Assembly (NCBI GenBank): GCA_964016885.1
Contig: OZ024743.1
Coordinates: 2,418,001 to 2,482,000, forward strand
From: Eledone cirrhosa
Lineage: Eukaryota
DNA length: 64,000 nucleotides
Direction of reading: 5' to 3'
Shown here: positions 57,693 to 64,000 of the stretch, in pieces
How positions within the stretch are numbered: position 1 is the stretch's first letter
Layout: the number at the start of each line of letters is the position of its first letter
Notes under the pieces: model-generated
What the model was told of the DNA's origin: nothing
What the model saw: the letters and a program-made list of their open reading frames with translations, nothing else
The model's database searches: none
Position numbers and translations under genes: made by a program

Positions 57693-58553
57693 AATATAAT
57701 TGTTTCTACTTTAGGCACAAGGCCAGCAATTACTCAGTGCATTACTGGTACTTTATTTTATCGACCCCGTAATATAATTGTTTCTACTTTTGGCACAAGG
57801 CCAGCAATTACCCAGTGCATTACTGGTACTTTATTTTATCGACCCCGTAAGGATGAAAGGCAAAGTCAACCTCGGCGGGATTTGAACTCTGATCATAAAG
57901 GGACGTAACTATGCTGGAAAGCATGGCGTCCGACCCTCTACCGATACTGCCAACCCACCATCAGACCCCGTAATATAATTGTTTCTACTTTAGGCACAAG
58001 GCCAGCAATTACCCAGTGCATTACTGGTACTTTATTTTATCGACCCCGTAAGGATGAAAGGCAAAGTCAACCTCGGCGTGATTTGAACTCTGATCATAAA
58101 GGGACGTAACTATGCTGGAAAGCATGGCGTCCGACCCTCTACCGATACTGCCAACCCACCATCAGACCCCGTAATATAATTGTTTCTACTTTAGGCACAA
58201 GGCCAGCAATTACCCAGTGCATTACTGGTACTTTATTTTATCGACCCCGTAAGGATGAAAGGCAAAGTCAACCTCGGCGGGATTTGAACTCAGATCGTAA
58301 AGGGACGTAACTATGCTGGAAAGCATGGCGTCCGACCCTCTACCGATACTGCCAATCCACCGTAATATAATTGTTTCTACTTTAGGCACCAGGCCAGCAA
58401 ATTACTCAGTACATTACTGGCACTTTATTTTATCGACCCCGTAAGGATGAAAGGCAAAGTCAACCTCGGCGGGATTTGAACTCAGATCGTAAAGGGACGT
58501 AACTATGCTGGAAAGCATGGCGTCCGACCCTCTACCGATACTGCCAATCCACC
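57693..58553 (-). mobile_element. Head-to-tail array of tRNA-derived SINEs (1 partial plus 4 full units)
   Basis: A-box-like TGGCAGTATCGGTAGAG, B-box GAGTTCAAATCC, body GACTTTGCCTTTCATCCTTACGGGGTCGATAAAAT; ~190-200 bp period. Confidence 0.9.
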
Positions 58554-59519
58554 GTAATATAATATAGGTTAGTTGGCAGTTTGTTTTGCGGATATGTTAT
58601 AGGAAGGGAATGACCTTTCCCACTACACCGCTATATATGTTTTCTGTTTGTAAGCAAATAAATCTATTATGACCTGTCACATGATGAAAGAAAACAATAT
58701 ATTGCTAGTTGTTCCGTGTCATTCCGTGGCTTGATATTTCATCAGACTTCCGATCATATAAAGTGGACAATTTCAAACAGATATCTTACAGAAAAAGGGT
58801 AAACATTTGGGACAGGTAAGTCGGGCAAAGATTGTATTGGTATTTGTTGTTTTTGTTTAGCTCACCTGTATGATCAAAGACGTTCCAGTCGTCATCATCT
58901 CGTCTGTTTTTATGTTCTATATCTCTGGCTACTTTATCCAATGTGGTTATAATGTCTCGGGAAAGAATTTCTGAACATATTTTACGGGTTGAAATTTTAT
59001 TTGTCAACATAACCGACATCATAATATTACAAATAAAAAGAGAAAAAAGAAAGAAGTGGGAAAGAAAAAAAGAAAAAAAGACCCACACAAGCAAGTAATA
59101 CACACATCTAAAACCACATACAACAAAAGGCAGGCGAAAGGGGTGTCAAACGAACCGTAGTCGGCACATGACCTAGGGGTGGACAAACGAACCGTAGTCG
59201 GCACATGACCTAGGGGTGGACCCCGAGCATGATCGTTGGATAACATCCATGAACTTGGCTAGTCTCACTTGGAGATCCAGTTGGTTCAATTGGAAGCGAT
59301 TTCTTCTAACAGGACCCGCTAGAAGACATGCTTGATGACTCTGTTCCTACGACCCTTCCAGTGGGCGAAGAAGAAGATTATCATTTTTTAACGGCGATAG
59401 CGAGAGAATTGGTTCTACAAAGTCTCTGTTGAGTTCGCTAAGTGATGTCGTCTGTTGTTTCGCTCTGAGCAGACCTGGTAAATCAGTCTTATGAAACTTA
59501 GGGGCCCTATACGGACATG

Positions 59520-60193
59520 GGTCCAGCTCTTTACGTTCTGAGATCAAATCCCGTCGAGATTAACTTTGCCTTTCATCCTTACGGGGTCGACAAAATAAAG
59601 CACCAGTAATGCGCCGTGGTCGATTTAATCGACTTCCCCCTCCCCCAAAAAATTGTTGGCATGTGCCTATAGTAGAAATCATTAACTTTGCCTTTCATCC
59701 TTACGGGGTCGATAAAATAAAGTACCAGTAACGCGCCGTGGTCGATTTAATCAACTCCCCCTCCCCTCCCTTCCTAAAAAAATTGTTGGCATGTGCCTAT
59801 AGTAGAAATCATTTGGCAGTATCGGTAGAGGGTCGGACGCCATGCTTTCCAGCAGAGTTACGTCCCTTTACGATCGAGTTCAAATCCCGCCGAGGTTGAC
59901 TTTGCCTTTCATCCTTACGGGGTCGATAAAATAAAGTACCAGTAATGCACTGAGTAATTGCTGGCCTTGTGCCTAAAGTAGAAACAATTATTTTAAGATT
60001 GGGCGGTGGATTGGCAGTATCGGTAGAGGATCGGACGCCATGCTTTGACGCATAGAGTTACGGCCCTTGCCATTCGGAGTTCAAATCCCGCCGAGGTTAA
60101 CTTTGCCTTTCATCCTTACGGGGTCGATAAATTAAAGTACCAGTAATGTAGTGCGTAATTTCTGGCCTTGTGCCAATAGTAGAAACAATTATT
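59520..60193 (+). mobile_element. Cluster of four copies of the same tRNA-SINE family (many more dispersed, e.g. 27231, 29150, 48025, 50895, 60900)
   Basis: Same A/B boxes and body as 57693-58553. Confidence 0.9.
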
Positions 60194-60283
60194 ATGTTAA
60201 GATTGAAGTACCAGAGAGCCCTGAGTTAATGAAGCCCAGATCAAAGTATTTCTAGCCACGCTGCTCCCATTTTTAAAACAGTA

Positions 60284-60312
60284 CTAGACCACCCGTGACC
60301 CGTTGGGTCACG
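60284..60312 (-). mobile_element. Helitron-like 3' terminus
   Basis: Perfect GC-rich hairpin CGTGACCC-AAC-GGGTCACG, then a short spacer and CTAG|T. Confidence 0.5.
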
Positions 60313-63088
60313 TTCACTTCAAAATATTTTTTTTAAATCATGTTCACTTAAAAATAATTTTTTAATAATTAAAATATACACTGACATGTATATAATGTGA
60401 AATGAAACTGGAAGGCCCCATATATATTTGTGTGTGTATGTATATATATAAATGCATGTGCTTGTATACATACATACATATATATATATATGTGTGTGTA
60501 TATATATATGTGGGTGTCTGTGATCTATATACACACACACGCATATATATACACATACACCCACATCTATATATATACACACAACACCACCAGCTCTCTC
60601 TCTCTCTCTCTTCCATTCTCCTTTGTCTTCTCTCACTATCTGTCTCTCTTTCAATCTAATCTCTCACAGCCACTATCTCTTTATTTCTATCCTTTTCTCT
60701 CTCTCTCTCTCTCTCTCTGTATCAAGGTACCTGGAAAAACCCCACATCTCGGGAACAGGTGCTCCAGTTTACTCGAAACTTGTTTTATTCCATTTGTATT
60801 CCCAGTTCAGGATCAACTTCCTTTCAAAGTATTTAAAATGAGCACCCTTTTGGCTGTATTACATTACAGCCAAGCAAGCAAGCAATCAGAATTATACACC
60901 ATGCTTTGATGCATAGAGTTACGGCCCTTTCTAATCTGAGTTCAAATCCCGCTGAGGTTAACTTTGCCTTTCATCCTTACGGGGGTCGATAAAATAAAGT
61001 ACCAGTAATGCACTGGGTAATTGCTGGCCTTGTGCCAAAAGTAGAAACAATTATATATATTGTGTGGCTGCTGTGAGATAGAGGGGGTTGTGGAGCTGTT
61101 GTGGGAGGGGGATTGCTGGAAATTGGGGGACGCCTGACCGGAAGCAGGAGGACGGGGGCAACTCGAGGCATCAGGCCGTGAACAGCCCTCTATTAGCTGT
61201 TGACCCTGCAAGGTGACGGGTGTGCAAAGACAGACGTTAGTGGAAGTACCCCACCAGGGTCAAATTCCTTTCAAAGTATTTTCCCATTATGCACCCTTTT
61301 GGCTGTATTACATTACAGACAAGCAAGCAATCAGTATTATATATATATATATATAGAGAGAGAGAGATAGATGTATATCTGAGACTATAGTGTTCTTCTT
61401 GAAAGACGTCCTTAAGACGGTGGTGGGTGATTCGTGTGAGATTTGATACCGCCATCACATATCAGCTTACTCGAATGCGCGTTTGTATTTGTGTGCGCGA
61501 GGAGGCGCATGGCTTAGTGGTTAGAACATTGGCCTTGCAATCGAAAGGTTGTGAGTTCAATTCTCAGACCAAGTGATGTGTTGTTTCCTTCAGCAAGTCA
61601 CTTTATTTCACATTGCTACAGTTTACTCAGCTGTAGAAATGAGATGATAGGGACTGGGGTCCATATCATTCCACTGCAAAGTGGTCGTGGAGGTGCCACG
61701 GCAAAAAAGCACCCAGCACTCACTGTAAATGAGGTTGGTGTTAGGAAGGGCATCCAGCTGTAGAAATCAAGCCAGAATCAGTTCCTGTCCCACCCTTGCA
61801 AGCAGGGAAAAGCGGACATAAAATGATGACGATGATGTGTATCTGTATTTGTGTGTGTGTGTGTCTGTATGTATGTCTCTGTATGTGTGTATGTGAATCC
61901 CGCATCAGTGTGTTTGTTTATATGTGTGTGGTGTGTGTATGTGTGTAACTATGTGTATATGTATCTGCAACTGAGTGTGTGAAGGTGTACTCATTCTTTT
62001 CCTTTTCAAGAATTTCGTAAATTCAAAAGTTCCAAAGTAAATGTTTTCTACACCTTTATTCATAGGTGGCGAATTGGCAGGGTTATTAGAAAGAGTGGAT
62101 ATAATGGTTTGTGGTATTTGTCCTGGCTCTCAGTCCTCTGAATTCAAATCCCATCTAGATCAACTTTGCCTTTCATTCTTCCCGGGTTGGTAAAAGAAGT
62201 ACCAGTCAAATACTGGAGTCAATTCCTCAACTATATCTCTTTCTCACTTCCTCGTTATCATACTTTCTCTTTCTCTCAAATAAATCAACTGTATTTAGAC
62301 CTGAAAAAGGGATGGGATATGCCAAGTTTAAAAATCACCCAAGATACTGTATCTCACTATAGTGCCCCTATGTCTTCATCAGGAGTTACAGGTCTATATG
62401 CCAAGTTTAAAAAACATCTAAGACATGCTGTATGTCACTACTGTATCCCTCCACAAATATATAAACCTGTAACTCCATCAGAGGCTTTGTACATCCCTGT
62501 TAATAAATTTACTTCCACTAAACTAACTTTGCCAACTCCCCTTTATCTCTATTCTCTGTAGGCAATAATTTTATTTTATTTTTTAATGACTTAATGACAT
62601 GATCATTTTTAAAGGGTATATAGGTCTCTTTTTTATTGTTGTTTATTAAGTTCCTATGAATAATTATTTGTGTATATGTGTGTGTTTCTATGCATATGTA
62701 TGTATCTGGCTTCTTGTGTGTTTATCTGTGTTTGTCTATATATATATCTGTGCGTGTTTATCTATGTGTATGTATCTGTATCTGTGTGTATGTGTCTACT
62801 TTAATATTCTATTTCTTCTGTGTTTCAGTAAATAATTCTGTTAACAACAATGCAGTCACTTCTAGACGTTTCAACATTAACAACATTGCTTACAACTACA
62901 GTTGGAACTAACGATACAACAAGTACAAACACTTCAATCACTACTGGATATATATGTTCAGTGATATCGGTCATCTTCTATGGTAGCAACTTTGTGCCAG
63001 TTAAACAGTATGAAACTGGAGATGGTAAAATATTTAATTTCTCTCTAAATAAAAGAATGTTGTAGTTTGCTTGAAGCATTGTGGTATA

Positions 63089-63470
63089 GGAAATACAAAT
63101 TTAAATAGGTTTAAAAGCCCTACAATGCGTACAAGATTAAAGGTGCCAGCACACACATGCATATATCAAACACATGTTCTCACACATATTTCACTAAGCG
63201 CACGTGCAAAGCTTTAAATTTTAACGTCTTTTCCATACATTTAAATTAAATCTGCCAGCCAAACAACAACTCTTCTTTGATTTCTCTTTGATGACCTACA
63301 CACAGATCCTCTCTTGATAATGGGTTTTTAAACCTGAAAATATTTGAGATAATTAAATTTGCTAAGGTAAAATTATCGTCTTCATTCTTTCCTCTATAAC
63401 TCCTATTACCTTGGCACCTTTAATCTTGTACACATTATAGGGCTTTTAAACTTATTTAAATTTGTATTTC
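63089..63470. mobile_element. MITE with ~60-bp TIRs
   Basis: GAAATACAAATTTAAATA.GTTTAAAAGCCCTA.AATG.GTACAAGATTAAAGGTGCCA inverted at both ends. Confidence 0.7.
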
Positions 63471-63499
63471 TCTCTAAATATTTTCTTGGTTGTAAATGC

Positions 63500-63820
63500 C
63501 TGGCAAATTATTTGATCTGAGACCAACTAAAGCAATTACTTTGCAAGAAGAGTAATTTTAACCACAGTTGTACATGTCTGGCAAATGACTTGATCTGAGA
63601 CTGTGTTGAAACTAAAACAATTACATTGTGGAAAAATCCTTTTAGTCACAATTGTACATGTGTGACAGGTGACTTGATCTGAGACTCTATATTGAAACTA
63701 AAACAATTACATTGTGGAAGAGTCATTTTAAACACAGTTGTACATCTTAGGCAAATGACTTGATCTAAGACTGTGTTGAAACTAAAGCAATTATAGTATT
63801 GAAGAGTCATTTTAGTCATC
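63500..63820. repeat. ~85-bp tandem repeat (~4 units); single related copy at ~49147-49197
   Basis: GGCAAATGACTTGATCTGAGACTGTGTTGAAACTAAA recurring. Confidence 0.85.
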
Positions 63821-64000
63821 CAAAAGGGTTGCAGTGTAAGAAAAATGTTGATACCAAGAAATAAAATGATGAATGTAGAATGAATTTAACAGTTTCTTTG
63901 TGTTTTTGATTAATATACAGATTAATAATTGCCTTCTCTCATTTCAGGAATGTTTTTCCAATGGGTGTTATGTTCTGGGATATTCTTGGTAGGACTTTTC

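Noticed and set aside
58620-58760. Additional hammerhead (CTGATGA on minus; also at 24359 on plus)
   Set aside because: No properly placed GAAA-stem III-NUH or stem I pairing
61500-61575. tRNA gene
   Set aside because: The A/B boxes are a SINE head continuing into a SINE body; no complete cloverleaf

Overview
Eukaryotic, AT-rich, microsatellite-dense DNA. The repeat families suggest an octopus/cephalopod genome (inference). Most six-frame ORFs are (TA)n/(CA)n artefacts. The only clear host gene is a two-coding-exon ETFRF1/LYRM5 (minus strand, 42782-43928). The first ~26 kb is a nest of Penelope-like retroelements (PLEs: RT plus GIY-YIG, inverted pseudo-LTRs) inserted in (TA)n tracts. By eye I find 16 type-I hammerhead ribozyme (HHR) cores from at least 7 sequence families (one with a mutated core), with compensatory base pairing. 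Two are ORF-less ~430-470 nt HHR units with retrozyme-like permuted repeats, and one junction looks like a ribozyme swap between families. Also present: a near full-length L1/Tx1-type LINE in a (GATA)n tract, R4/Dong-, CR1- and RTE-type LINE relics, a solo LTR, MITEs, many tRNA-derived SINEs (including head-to-tail arrays), and a 2-kb 29/30-bp satellite that appears amplified from a SINE head. All structures and coordinates were read manually; nothing was computed or searched.
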